DNA from: Amphiscolops sp. MND2022
Lineage: Eukaryota
Direction of reading: 5' to 3'
Assembly (NCBI GenBank): GCA_964187785.1
Contig: OZ076409.1
Location: 58,530,001-58,594,000 of the forward strand
DNA length: 64,000 bases
Shown: piece by piece, positions 29,101 to 41,443 of the stretch
How positions within the stretch are numbered: position 1 is the first letter of the stretch
How the letters are laid out: each line of letters begins with the position of its first letter
Notes under the pieces: model-generated
What the model was told of the DNA's origin: nothing
The model's database searches: none
What the model saw: the letters and a program-made list of their open reading frames with translations, nothing else
Translations under genes and position numbers: made by a program

Positions 29101-32100
29101 TGAGTTGTCTGATGGCGCAATATTTAGCCAGTTTTATAAAGGTGTTGACATTATAAATGGATCAGGCGACTAAAAGTCCTCAACGTGGCACTTTGTCAAA
29201 ATCTACAGGGTATTGTTTTCATGTTTACGTTTGATTTCAAATTGGATATTTCCATTTTGAAGCCTCTGACACAAAATTAGCCCCGGTTTCAAACTTTGAA
29301 TAAACGCTGAGCGGAATTGGGATCGTTAAAGAACCGAGGATTCACAACAAAATAATATCCAGCAAGAAAAAGAATACAACGCTTTGAACAATTCTGCAAA
29401 TTCTGACGGAACCGGTCAAATTTGAAGTCATTCAGACGACATTGTTTGACGACTTCTATCAAATTTCAATGAACTGACCTACTTTTAGAGACGGTAAATC
29501 TTAAATAATTGAGTTTGAAAGATTCAAAACTGAGTTTATTATGTTTTTAAAAGCGGTATGCGCATACCTTGCGACTTTTGCGCAATGTTGAAGTTGAAAT
29601 GACAATCCATTCAAGATCCTATTAGATTTAAAAGGCAAAAAAAAAGAAAAAACAATCATGCAACTTTCAACTTGAGAGCTAACGGATTAAATATAAAAAC
29701 TGTGGTGATCAATCAAATTACTTAGTCTTTTTCAGGATATTAACTTTAACTGTAATTAATTGTTTTTCAGTTCATCTAATTTCACATCCAGGGATAGACG
29801 GTTTTCAGGTACTCCTACTCACTTTGGGATCCGTTGTGGTACCAGGTGATCACAGGTGTAGGGTACCCCTTGACAGTGCAATCGAACTGGGCGGGGTTCC
29901 CCAGCTCGCGCCCAATTGAAATCGGATCTCTAACTATCTCCGGCTTCCTGCTTTTCACTCCATCTGATCCTGTTAACAAGCAAAACACATGTTCTCTCTC
30001 CGATTACCCAGGGGTTGAAGTTATTACTTTGGGGGACGTTTTTTCAGAACAAGCCGTCAAATATATTGTTATTTTATTCAAGGAACTGAACATAATGTAA
30101 TTTAGTCGCAAAGTTGAAAAGGCTAAATGAGTTATATTGAGAAAATTTTTATTTTTTCCAAGAAAAACAAAAAAATATGGACGCATAAGCCCATATGAAG
30201 CTATTACTAATTTGAAAAGTGAACTGTAATAAATTTGAAGACGTATTCAGCTATATTTGCACAGCATCTTCCAAAAGTAAATTTTGAGCGGGAAAGAGCA
30301 GGTTTTTGTACGATTTTTACAGGTTACATGTATGAATCTTGTCTTTTTTTCCATCATTTATGGGGTATTAGAATGGATGATGAGTCAGTAATTATCTGAG
30401 TAACATTAGTAGATAGTGAAAATTAAATTTATAACTCGCAACAGGATACTTTTAATCTACTATTTGTATGGTAGATTGTATGTATTGTCTTTTAGTATCT
30501 ATCCCGGATAGAGTAGGCCGTCTCCCTAAGAAAAAGATAATTCCACCGGAACAAATCCGATGACAGTCGAGATGGATTTATTGAATAGTGTGTCTTAATT
30601 GAGGCCCGGCCTCGGTAGCATTAGTATACATAGTAACCCAAGGCTGCAATTACATTTAAGCACAAGGGGGGATGTCTCAGCGAATTGTAGTACGTCAGTC
30701 AAAGATATGTGCTTTCATTCAAGTCATTCGATTTGGATGTTATTAAATTAATAAAAACAAACCAATCGATGCATTCAGGGAGAGGCATGTGAATTAGGCG
30801 GGGATTTGCAGCACAGGTAGGGGTACGGGCATTGATTGGGGGATGGATGCGATTAACCGGGGGACATCAATATACGACGAGGACGACAAGTTGATCCCCT
30901 GATTAGGGCAACAGGGGGGGGGGTGTTTCTGTCGCGTGCTTGAATCTATCATGTTTTCTGTGCCGATTTGAGTTTCGGAAAGTTTTTTGGAAATAAGCGA
31001 ATGAAAAATCAAGTGATTAATGTAGAAGAGGTCAATCAAAAGTTTTGATGTGAATAAATTTGGAAAACTTGGTGATATATAATTAAAAACGCGCCTCAGT
31101 TAGTTATTTTTTCCCATATGGAATATGGGCGGAAAATCATAACACTCTGTGGAACAGAGTAATCTTAATATCTTAATTTTTGTATATGAAACGCAAAATG
31201 TTTTTCCTAAGTTGCTTTATGTTTTTTTTCCAGGAAAACGACTCGAAATTTTGAAAGGAAAGGTGTAAAGAGATTTTTTGCATTGTGCCAGTGAATCAAT
31301 ACATTCACTGTAACTATATGTGCGAGAGCTTAGAGCTCAATTTTCTCATTCATCTCATTTTAAAGAAACCTTATGATTTTTAAGCAGCATTGACAGGAAA
31401 GGCAGAAAGATAATACACGCTTGGGAAATGGAAATGGAGTGTGACTAGATAACTGGGAATATAATTTAATAACTAGACCTGTCAGTAAGACTTCAACCAC
31501 TCATCAGGCTGTCCGAGTTTTCAGCATGTTTCTCGCTCTTAATTCAATCAATGTTGACTTTAATCTAGAGGTTAAGATATTCGCTGTTCCCGTTAAGAGC
31601 TTCTTTTCCCAGGATGGAAGAATAAGCCTATTTGGAAGGATCACAGTTTTTGCTGAGAACCAAGGCTCTTCTCAACTACTAGAAAGAATGCCCTTATGAA
31701 GGCTGGGTAAATTTATGTATCCTGTCTTTGACAATGGAGAGGTAGATTCAGTTTTCATTAAATGAGATGTCAACTCCCAATCAATGGCACTCATTGCAAA
31801 TTCAGCAAAACACAACTGGGAGATAAAAATTGACAGAGTTCGCTTGTACCTAGGGCTGGCTCCCCGTTGCGAGGGAGGCGGAAAGGTTTAGTGGACGGGG
31901 TGATTTAAGATGCAAGCAACGTTGTACGTCAACTCAATCAGCACTGTCAGAATCTGTGCCATTCAGACATCGCATCAATTTTCCCACTGGAAAAAGGGGG
32001 TGACTCCTCATTATTTCCATTCACAAATAACAACAAAGCCCAACATTCTACCCTCTAGCTGTCACGGGAAAATGGGGTCTTTAGTCTAGAATTCGAGCAA

Positions 32101-35100
32101 AAAATAGAGAAAGTTACGGCATTCTTTTCCTTCATTTTAAGGTTGCTGCTGCATAATATATACAGCAATTACTAATTGCGCTTTTCTTCATTCTTTATGG
32201 ACATATCTGCAGGGAGCATGTCCCTAGGAAAGGTATTTTTGGTGTAGGGGGGGGGGTGTTGATTCATTGAGGTAAAAATTATTGCGTAGTGATGGGGGGT
32301 TGCGTTTTACCTTGTTATGATTATGTAAGACGGAAAAAGTATACTATGCAATTCTCAATGCGCCTGAATACAATCTTGAGAAGAGGAAACGACGCAAAGG
32401 ACAAGAGGCAAAAATAATGAGATGTAATTTTAAATGAAGGAAAACTGAGAGGAGAAAAAAGGCAAGACAAAATTAGAGGAAGTGTTGCATGACGTGAACA
32501 AACTGGAAAAACATGAACGGTTTAACTCGCATTCCTTTGTGTTCGGCCAGAAAGGGGAAAACTCAATGAATGGGAAACACGGCGAAAAAACATGGCATTG
32601 CCATATGATACATATTTGCAAGCTCATAAATGATGGAAAAAAGTGTTGGTGTGAAAAAAGGCAAGTGCCTCCCGATAGACTGACGCCAACTTACACTATG
32701 AGTGACGTTTAATTTATCCATTGCCGGTACTGGTGTTAGAAGTGACAGCGCGTGGATATACCAGGCCTTTCCTTTCCTGGGGAAGACCCGCAATAAATTA
32801 GTGGCAGCGGGAAAAACCCCGGGAAATGAGGGTAGATGGTACACTTTTTGGTAAGAGTTCAAAATGTTTCCAACATACCATCAAAAATGCCATTATCCTT
32901 TAAATCAGAGGCACCGAAGCATAAGCTTGCGGCTTTTACAGTGCAATTTACGCGTCAATTTGAAAAGTTAGCAGAAAGAACCCGTCGATTTAATTGGAAA
33001 GTTGATTGCGGATTTAGGGGGTATGTTATGAGGCCATGTAAGGACATATATGGAAAATGCCAGTTGTGTTTTTGACGCAAAGCTGTAAAGCTTCAAATTG
33101 GGATGTGATCAAAAAGAATCGACCGCTTTTTCCGGAGAAGGGGAACTTTTCCAGAGTATGCAAAATTGTTCCCAGTGGATGCCGCATTATGGTGTAGTTT
33201 ATAATCGATTGAGATTAGGCATAAATGATGGAAAAAGACCAGTTTTATGTTTTTGTGAACCACTTCGAAGCTCCCATGAACAAATTTTGCAAAGAAATCT
33301 TGAAACAAAAAATGTCAATTCATGTTGAAAAATCGTTTCACTCCGGAACGCAGCCTTGTAAAGTGTTTCAAGTTTCTGTGAAGTTTGGAACACAAAAGTG
33401 ACGTTTTGGATTGTGAAAATTCAGGCGCCATCAAGTGCGCACTTCTCATAGAGAAAAGCATTGTTCAGATAAAAATTATTTACCGCCGTTGTAAAGTGTG
33501 TTTCAGCACCGGCAAAGGGGATAAGATACAAGCTGGAAGTATATTATTGAGAAAATTACAAGCGACAGGTTGACGACAACTTTTGAGGAAAATTTCTAAA
33601 CACCAGACTTGTATTTTCTCCCTTTTCATCTGACGTCACACAACTAATTTTGGCTGTGGAAAAATCAATAATGCAAAGTACTACTAAAACTTAAGAGTGC
33701 AATGAAGTTTCAGGGTGAATTCAATTGAAACATGGAGATGAAAATTTGATTAGATAATTATGGCAATACACGAAACATGCTAAAACTCTGCCATTGATCA
33801 AAAAACGAATTAATAATATGTTTCCTTTAAAGGAAACATATTATTAATTCGTTTTTTGATCAATGGCAGAGTTTTAGCATGTTTCGTGTATTGCCATTTT
33901 TTCGCAAAAATGAATTTGAAAATTAACCAAAGCTGGTGTACGTTGAAAAGGTAATCCACAGGTTTTGTTTTTTTTTTCTACATTCTATGAAAAATAGGAG
34001 AGATCTTAAAGAAACAGGCTGCTCTATGAAATATTCAAGTTGAAACTCTCCGAGCCTGAAAACTGGCATGCAACTTTTGTAAAAAAAACTTTTGAACTGA
34101 AAAATTTTGACAGTTGCAACAAAACAACAAATGACTCATTAAAAAATCAATTAGAGCTCAAGTTTACCCTCGAATAAAAATGAGAAAATCATGAAAAAAG
34201 TGAAGACACAAAAATTATTGAAACGTGAAAGTTCAGGCCATAAAAATGGACAAAATTCAAGAAAAAATGATTCAGAAAGTGATTTCGGATTTTGACCTCC
34301 TGCGATTGAAATTAGGTCAACCCAACGAAGCGTGTATAAAAGGGCCATAAATTGAAGGTGTCAAATTCGGGCTCATACAATTCATTTTCCCCTTGACAAC
34401 GTCTAATGTGAGACAATTCAATAGAATCAGCTGCAGTTAAAGCTTTCTTCGTGAATCTTCTCCCCTGTTCCTAAAGTAGCGGTCAGTGATTTTTCACGTG
34501 AGTGATCGCACCAGGTGACGTCATTTGTTCTTTCAAGTTCAACAGTTAACGTCGAGTGTTTGTGGAGGAGTTCAATGAAATGCTGGGTACTTATATCAAG
34601 CATAGTTAAATACCGGAGTTTCCATTTATGAACAAAAAAAAAACGATTTTTTTTACATGAACCCAAACTACGTCAAGAAAAAAAAAGGAATTTCAAAATT
34701 TTCCTTTGATTGTAAAAACCCACCCAGGTTTTTGGTCAACGTCTGCTTTTGAAAATGAGAAATTATTTTGGTACTTTTTGTTTTCGTAGTAATGATTGAT
34801 GTCAAACACGATAGAAGTCTTGCATAGCATTAAAAATTTGCAGGCAGCTCTAGGTGAAGTTGTAAAAAATTGTCAAGTACGTCAATTGTTCTTAATTAGT
34901 TACAATTAGAATGTTTTAGCATCATAATGTTAGATGAATTGCAATTAAGTTAACATTCTTCAACTATCCTTGAGGGTTTATCAGCAAGGACGAAACATTT
35001 ATAAGAATCAGTATGGTGAAGCTGATTGTTTTAGTATACAAGCAGAAAAAAATCTTTAAAACCTGTTTTAAAAAATTTAGCACATACATGACTGCAGCAT

Positions 35101-37253
35101 GTGAGATATATTTATATTGTTCAAGGAATGGAACATCAAGGAGATTTATCGATGATATGTAACAGCGTGAAGAGAAATTGTATGCTTTTCGATTTTTGGT
35201 TTAGAAACTATGAAACTTACAAACCGAAAAAAAACTTGGAGCAAAACACTCTCTAGTACTTTTCGACAAGCTAGACAGTCTTTTTTGATTTCGAAGGTAT
35301 GGGACTGAAAGTTCTTTTTCGTAGCAATGAATACGAGCCCATAGATCTCGGAAACTAAACCCGGAAAGTGGAGTAGCTTAAATGCTAAATGTAAACGCCA
35401 GCGGAACATTTTACATCCGTTGGATATGGTTGAAATTCAACATCGAGTTGATGAAATCTGGATATGCAAATGATCCAGCTTTTTCGTGAAATGAATTGGG
35501 AACTATCTATAGTTGGCATCACTTTTTGTCTATATCCAAAAATAATGTCAACTAGAATAGAAACTATAAGTAGGCTCCCAAATATTTAACCTTAAGTTGG
35601 CCAGGAAAATTCTTGTTCCATCCAAAAATCAGGTGCTTCAACTTTAAACCGCAATATCTCCTAAACTATTCAAGTCCGACAAACGATTTATAAAACTTTC
35701 GAAAGAGGAGCATCAGGGCCTTCAAATCAATTTTTAAACTGCTGGTTTGGGGGCCTGCTTGCGCGGGCTCCTTGCGCGCAGTTTTTTGCGCGAAGTCCTC
35801 CACTGGCCTGCGGCTTCGCAGCACTGGATCCGGACTTTGCGCCAAAACTTTGCACGCGTCGTGTCTCTGCTTGCTTTTCAGCATGTTTCAAAACATGCTG
35901 GGGCCGCTTTGACCCAATGTTGATACCAGTGGGATAAAAGGGGCACAAACGAAAACTGGGAAAACGGAAAATCTGCACTTAATTTTCTTTTGATTTTTTC
36001 GTCTCATTTTCTGGATTTTGGAGACATCACGTCAATATTCCGTGAAAAGGCGCCGAATGCTATGCAATATCGTCTGAAACCCTTATTAAAGGGTTTGCTT
36101 TACCAAACAATCAGCTGGTGCGTTAAGAATTTGCAGAAACTAAATGTGCCGAATTTGGCACATTGGTCAAGTTAAGGTTAACTTAAATATTTGCTATCAG
36201 CAGTTCTATTTGATAGCGGAAGTTGAGTTTTCTTCACTTTAAACTTTCGTTTTCTTTCCTTTTCGAAAAAAGAATCAAAGTACATGTATACGCATCGCGT
36301 ATATTTTGAAAATAATACCCAATGGTTTTTTTTGGACAGATTTTCTAGTATAGATTTTCTACCATAGAAATCAAGTCGTTCACCTTTTTTTTGCGTCTGA
36401 TCATTTTTCTACGAGCCGAAAAATTGAATAATTTTTGTCGGCGCAATGAATAGTTTACAATTTCTGCCGCGACGAATGTTGAAAGCTATGGGAATGTACC
36501 TCATCAAATTTAATTGATGAAGACGTCACTTTTTTCTCCATCTCTCTAAATCCAACAGTTCACACAGTATCATTACATTTCTAATTTGAAAATGATATCA
36601 AATTGCAGTCGAAATTTTGAAAAAAAAATTCAGCATCATTGGGGTACTTTAAACTTAATCTTGAATGGTTTTATTTGGCCAAAATATGGCAATACTCAGA
36701 AAACGAAAAATCGATTGCGTACCAAATAACATAAGAGCAAATAACATAAAAACGACATTAGTCCCATTTAACATAAAAATGAAATTAGTTTCATAAAACA
36801 TAAAAATAAAACCGAATACCCGGTTGAATAATCGAACTCACGAAATTTTATCTGTAATTTCCATCCTTTTTTCAGTGAAACTTTCGAATTGTGAATGCTT
36901 TTGACCACTAAAACCTTCTCGTAAACAATTTTATTTTTATGTCTAGTGAAACTCATTTCATTTTTGTTGTTTGAAACTAATTTAGTTTTCATGTTATTTG
37001 CTGTTATTTGGGAATCCACCGAAAAATCCTTTTACGCTCGATAAGATACAGAAAATCCGCAAAATAAGGCTTCAGAAAACACAATGAATCGAGGTGATGA
37101 AAATAACCGAGCATAAAAAAGCGATTGAAATCATTAGAAAGGAAAAATCAAAACATTGAAAGCGTCACACTAACCAGAGATGAAAACAAGCCAGAAAATA
37201 AGTTTGATAATTTGGTCGCGGCTAAATTTGGGAATGAATTCGAGTGCAAACAT
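8110..37253 (-). CDS. robo: Roundabout (Robo)-like receptor, 17 exons, 957 aa as modelled: signal peptide, 5 Ig, 3 FN3, TM, 38-aa tail
   Basis: Hand-built phase-consistent GT-AG exons: 37253-37175, 29969-29823, 27100-26918, 24778-24473, 22029-21885, 16902-16772, 15391-15267, 13633-13457, 12974-12802, 12075-11921, 11408-11243, 10403-10231, 10145-10054, 9780-9538, 9412-9312, 9135-8885, 8336-8110 (sum 2874 nt). Robo-like motifs: Ig1 LLFL...YLCVATNSLSVAKSRPANL, Ig5 DAGSYTCLVSSTSGESSW, FN3-3 VQWSAP...LNG...VAARTSRGIGVFS, TM FVAVLGGLVWIMLLALCVYVVI. Exon 1 and the 3' end are the least certain parts. Confidence 0.87.
33760..33897. repeat. perfect 138-bp palindrome with no spacer, in Robo intron 1
   Basis: Two 69-bp arms centred on ...TTTCCTTT|AAAGGAAA... 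(33828/33829). Pairing holds out to 33760/33897. Confidence 0.95.
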
Positions 37254-38035
37254 GATTAAGTAAATTTTTGGCCGGCGGTCGATTTCAGAACGTTAACCGC
37301 GATAACGGCTGTATGTATCACGAATCGTTCAATTCACTGATATCCTCCTCTGATTAAATAAAAAAAGTGTTTTCGAATTGCAGCAGATAATTCAAATAAC
37401 AAACAAGTTTATACTGAAATCTGTTTCATTTTGTATGATTTTGTAGATGAGAATAAAATGTATTTCTCTGTCTTTCCTTTCAGCCAATCAGAATCGAGAA
37501 TGGATTTTACAACCACTTTATCAGCTGAAGAGTGCTTGGCTGAAAATAACAACTAAAAACAGATCAATTTAGAAATTAGAAATACTGGCATTTATGAAAT
37601 CCAAATTATTAATGAGTACAAAGAGCATAATTGGACAACTTCAATTCTCCGGTGGCTTCAATAAGCAGATGCATCTACAAATTAGAATGACGTAGAAAAC
37701 ATACAAAAGTCGATACACTTGTTTTTCCCATGATAACAAAAATCGATTTGGGTAAATTGTAAAGACAAATTTCGGAGCTTGGCGCCACTCAGCTATTTTT
37801 TTGTCATTCTGACATCTCAAGTCGATCTTGCATACAATAACATTTCGAGGCAAAATGCAACAGAAACAGCATTGTAAATGAAAAGAAATTTCGTGAATGA
37901 AAATGACCATAACAGTCCGCTCATATTCCGCAATTTTCAACAAATTCTTGTTAAGGAAGAATTTAGTTATAATGAATACACAGTGGTGTGAAATATGATT
38001 CAGTTAAATTCATATACAATTTGTTATTCAATATA

Positions 38036-38040
38036 GTAAA
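38036..38040. other. target-site duplication GTAAA (partner 54271-54275)
   Basis: The same 5-mer lies immediately outside both LTRs. Confidence 0.92.
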
Positions 38041-39832
38041 TGTCGTAAGCACGATTGTCCGAGAATGTGGATCCGTCCTTCTGACGATCACCAAGCGTCT
38101 TACTCTTCAAATTGTTTCTAGAGTCTGCATTACGCAGAACTTCGGAATATTCTTCCGGTCTCTCAGACGGAACGTTCCATCTCTCTTTGGTCATATGTCC
38201 AGAATCGGCCATTAGGGCATTTTGAATCTGGGGAAGTACCTGATTACTTATAGCCTCACTTATAGCTCTTTGGATTTGAACACTGACACTATTCATCATC
38301 TCATCCATCTCCCGAGATATACGGGAATTCAACTCACTCGACAATCTGTTGATCTCAGCGTTAGAACTACCTCTAACTGAGTTCTGTCCTAATTCGGCAT
38401 TTGGACCAGGCTCGTCAGTTCTAGAGTTGGGCGATCTATTTTCATCCTCATTTTCAAATTCATCACCAAAAAGACTATTAGGTCTTCTGGCCTGATTACT
38501 ATTTAAACTTTCACTTCTTTTGTTCCTAATGAAATGATTTCCTCCAAGCATTATGTCTAAGTTCTCAATGTCGGATAACATTTCTGCTTCTCTTGATTTC
38601 CTTGCTTTCTTTTGCTTCCTTGTGGTAGGCATTTAGATAGAAAGTCCGAGGTAAATTTTGAATTATTATTTTCGGAAAATAAGAGTCAACTGTTTGGTAC
38701 AAACGTATTATACTTGTGTGTCCCTCAGGAGTGAAACTCGTATATATACTCTCTGGGGTATGACTTTTACAAAAGGAATTCACAAATAGTATTCAAACAT
38801 TCCAATCGGGGCACGGGACTAAGGATTTCAGCGGGAAATACACTGCAATCTCCAGTTTTCCGACTCGATTGGGAAATTCCTAGCATTCTAGAATTACAAT
38901 TGTTTATCTATCAAAGGCGGCATCAAAATATTTACTAGTGCATCAAATGGATCTTCTGTCCGTCAAAGGACCTAGCACTCATCAGGAATGTAAACAACAT
39001 TACACACATTCCTTTCAGGCACGTGCCACCGCGTGGCCTGAAATAAGTTCTACAACAATGTGTAGTACATCATATTATTAGGCCTAATACGGCCAATTAT
39101 CATGTTAGCAATTATATACGCTAATCAACCGATTAGCCCCAAATGTATGTACCACTTTACTTTTCAAAAGAACGCAACAACTTCAGTGGCCGGAAATAGC
39201 CGGCTAACTAATAGGCAAGCACTAATGAAATATGGCCTTGAAGGCCTAGCAAAAGGTTGAGTATTAAGACAAAGCATCAGTTATAGGAAAAGATCTGGCT
39301 ATTATGAAAGTACAAATACAACAAACATAACTCGTCTCATGTTAAATTACCACCTTATTTCAGCTTTGAACAGAGGGGACGAAACCGGCCATTTGACCAG
39401 TGTATCAAAAGAGAATATTGAAAGCACGGCAACTGGCCTTATTCGGCCATTAATTAAATAGCATCAATAAACGAGATTACATACTGCGATATGATTGGCT
39501 GAGATAACGTGCTCAAGTGACGCTACCGGTACAGTGCCGTACATCACTTGAACACGTTTCCTATACTGCCTTACAGTCGTTATTGCTTTCAATTATCGCA
39601 TCAATTCTAACCATACAGTAATTTGATTTGGATTACTCCAATTGTACTATTTTTAACAGACTAATCAATGTAACTGAATTAACAAAAATACAAAAGCGTG
39701 TTTTGTTACAAAACGTTAGCATAACAGTTTAAAAGTTTCAGTTTCAGAAAATTGGTAGAGTACCTGGTGCCGTTTCCTGATCTGCGGATGTCGTTGTAAT
39801 CCTTGTGCCGTCACAGGCGGCAGCCTGCGACA
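38041..39832 (-). repeat. 3' LTR of copy B (1792 bp)
   Basis: Direct repeat of 52479-54270. It contains a duplicate of the first ~197 gag codons and the last 29 codons of ORF3. Confidence 0.97.
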
Positions 39833-40532
39833 CTGCAGGAGCTACGAAAAGCAGACTGCCCGCGTTCAGCCCGTTGATATAAGCTTCGCGCCTTAATCTC
39901 GTAATGTACTCCGGTTCGTCCCGCGGCGTTGACCTCTCCATATACCAGTTGACTTTCTCGTCCTTTATTTCATCTACGGACCTGCCACATACCAGACATC
40001 CTGTATAGCGCACTCTGCTGATATCTTCGTGGGGTTGCGTATTTTGCACATGATAAGAGGCATGAAACCCGCCTGCAAAGGATTGTACTAAGGGAGTGTG
40101 ATTGCTTGGTCCTTTCTCGTGTTCCGGCGGCGACATTGGAGACTCCGGTACCGGCAGCAGCGTCTTGCATAGCTCAATTCGCGTCTTTTCCACTCTCTTG
40201 GGTGGGGCGTAGCATCTCTCATGGTCGAAGTATCTTTGGTCCATTTTGGGGGTAGTGTCCTTGTGCGGCTGTGAGCTGCTTGGACCGGCTACCATGTGTT
40301 CCTCTTTGAAGTCGTCCGTGGTCATGATTCTGCCTCCTATCAGCATAGGGCTTGAAGTCACTTCTTTCTCTATTCTCGCGATGAGCTGCTCCGTGTTCGT
40401 GGAACAGTCCGTCTCCCATCCTTCTGACAGTTCGTCGTCGCTACTTGATATGTAAATCACTGAAGCTTCAGACTCATCCGAGCTATCTCCGTCGAAGTCA
40501 AATAATTTTCTTGCCAAGTTGTATTTAGACAT
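39744..40532 (-). CDS. ORF3: 262-aa accessory protein of unknown function (RxL-like, SIM-like and CxxC motifs), reading into the 3' LTR
   Basis: First ATG at 40532 (MSKYNLARKLFDF); stop at 39744, inside the LTR. The LTR-encoded tail SQAAACDGTRITTTSADQETAPGTLPIF* is conserved in the diverged copy A LTR as SQAAACDGNNYTTSGYGQEITPGTLPIY* (6724-6638), with the same length and stop position. Confidence 0.8.
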   Translation of the reverse strand: MSKYNLARKLFDFDGDSSDESEASVIYISSSDDELSEGWETDCSTNTEQLIARIEKEVTSSPMLIGGRIMTTDDFKEEHMVAGPSSSQPHKDTTPKMDQRYFDHERCYAPPKRVEKTRIELCKTLLPVPESPMSPPEHEKGPSNHTPLVQSFAGGFHASYHVQNTQPHEDISRVRYTGCLVCGRSVDEIKDEKVNWYMERSTPRDEPEYITRLRREAYINGLNAGSLLFVAPAVSQAAACDGTRITTTSADQETAPGTLPIF

Positions 40533-41443
40533 TATGATTTTCTTTGCAATTTTTGAAACTTGTGAGTCGACTGAACGGTGAGGAGATTCAAATTCAAATA
40601 AGTTTACCAACTCCCACCTCAAGACGAGTCGGGTAATTTCCCGGGGGACTCGTTTCGGCGGTAGAATCTTAGGTTATTCAACCTTATCTGTCGTAAACTT
40701 TCATGAATGGAATTTCCAGCGGCGGTTAATCCTTTGAAACTTAGGTAGGAACCCTCCATCTTCGTCTTCTCAAGTGGGTAGTCGGAGAGGTGTTAAGTTG
40801 ACAACAACAAATAATTCCGCTTTCAAGTGGGTAATTAACATCGAGCTTGATAGTAATTAACGGCATGCGTCAGGTTAAGTCTACTAAAATGGCTTCAGCC
40901 AATCAAATTTGGGCTTCGATAAATTTGAAAAATGAATAGTAAAGATGGCGGAAAATAATAATTTTGAATAACTAAAATGGCGAAAATAATAAATCGAAAT
41001 AATTCAAAATGGCAGAAATAACAATTTGAGTAACTATAATAACGGAAATCCCAATTAGGATAACAAACGAAATGGAACAAGACGATAAACCGAAATGGGG
41101 TTAACGGCCGTAATCGGCCAATGATTCCATAAGTTGTAAATAATGAAGTAATTTTTGTACATTTCGCTGGCAGACTCCATGTACAGAATAAATATGTAAA
41201 TAATCCCGTAATATTAGTCTGGTAATTTCTTCAGCCACGAACTCCAACTTTCTCTCTTTTAATTGTTACATTATTTGATTCATCTACTATTCACTCCTTA
41301 CTCTTTCCATTATTCTCCTTTGTCTACAACCCCAGTTTCTGCATTTATTGGGCTCGCTCATAATTCCATTGCCAGCGTCACCTCTACGCAGGTCCCCGAT
41401 TTCTTCTTCTTCTTTTGTCCGAATCCAGCTGTTCAATCCAGTC
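40533..41443. promoter_or_regulatory. putative bidirectional promoter between ORF3 (-) and the antisense cargo gene (+)
   Basis: Lies between head-to-head start codons. CCAAT at 40899-40903; four AA(A/G)ATGGC (YY1/Pho-like) motifs at 40886, 40942, 40974 and 41006; GGCC-N6-GGCC at 41106-41119. Confidence 0.55.

Noticed and set aside
31600..31860. coding-like stretch in Robo intron 1 (...FMYPVFDNGEVDSVFIK*DVNSQSMALIA...WEIKIDRVRLY)
   Set aside because: It contains stops and I cannot assign a family. It may be a decayed mobile-element fragment, but that needs a profile search.
38024..38632. 202-aa ORF as an independent gene
   Set aside because: It is the gag N-terminus duplicated in the 3' LTR, and it stops a few codons into the flank.
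39744..40622. ORF3 as an env gene
   Set aside because: The position is env-like, but there is no signal peptide, furin site or transmembrane segment.
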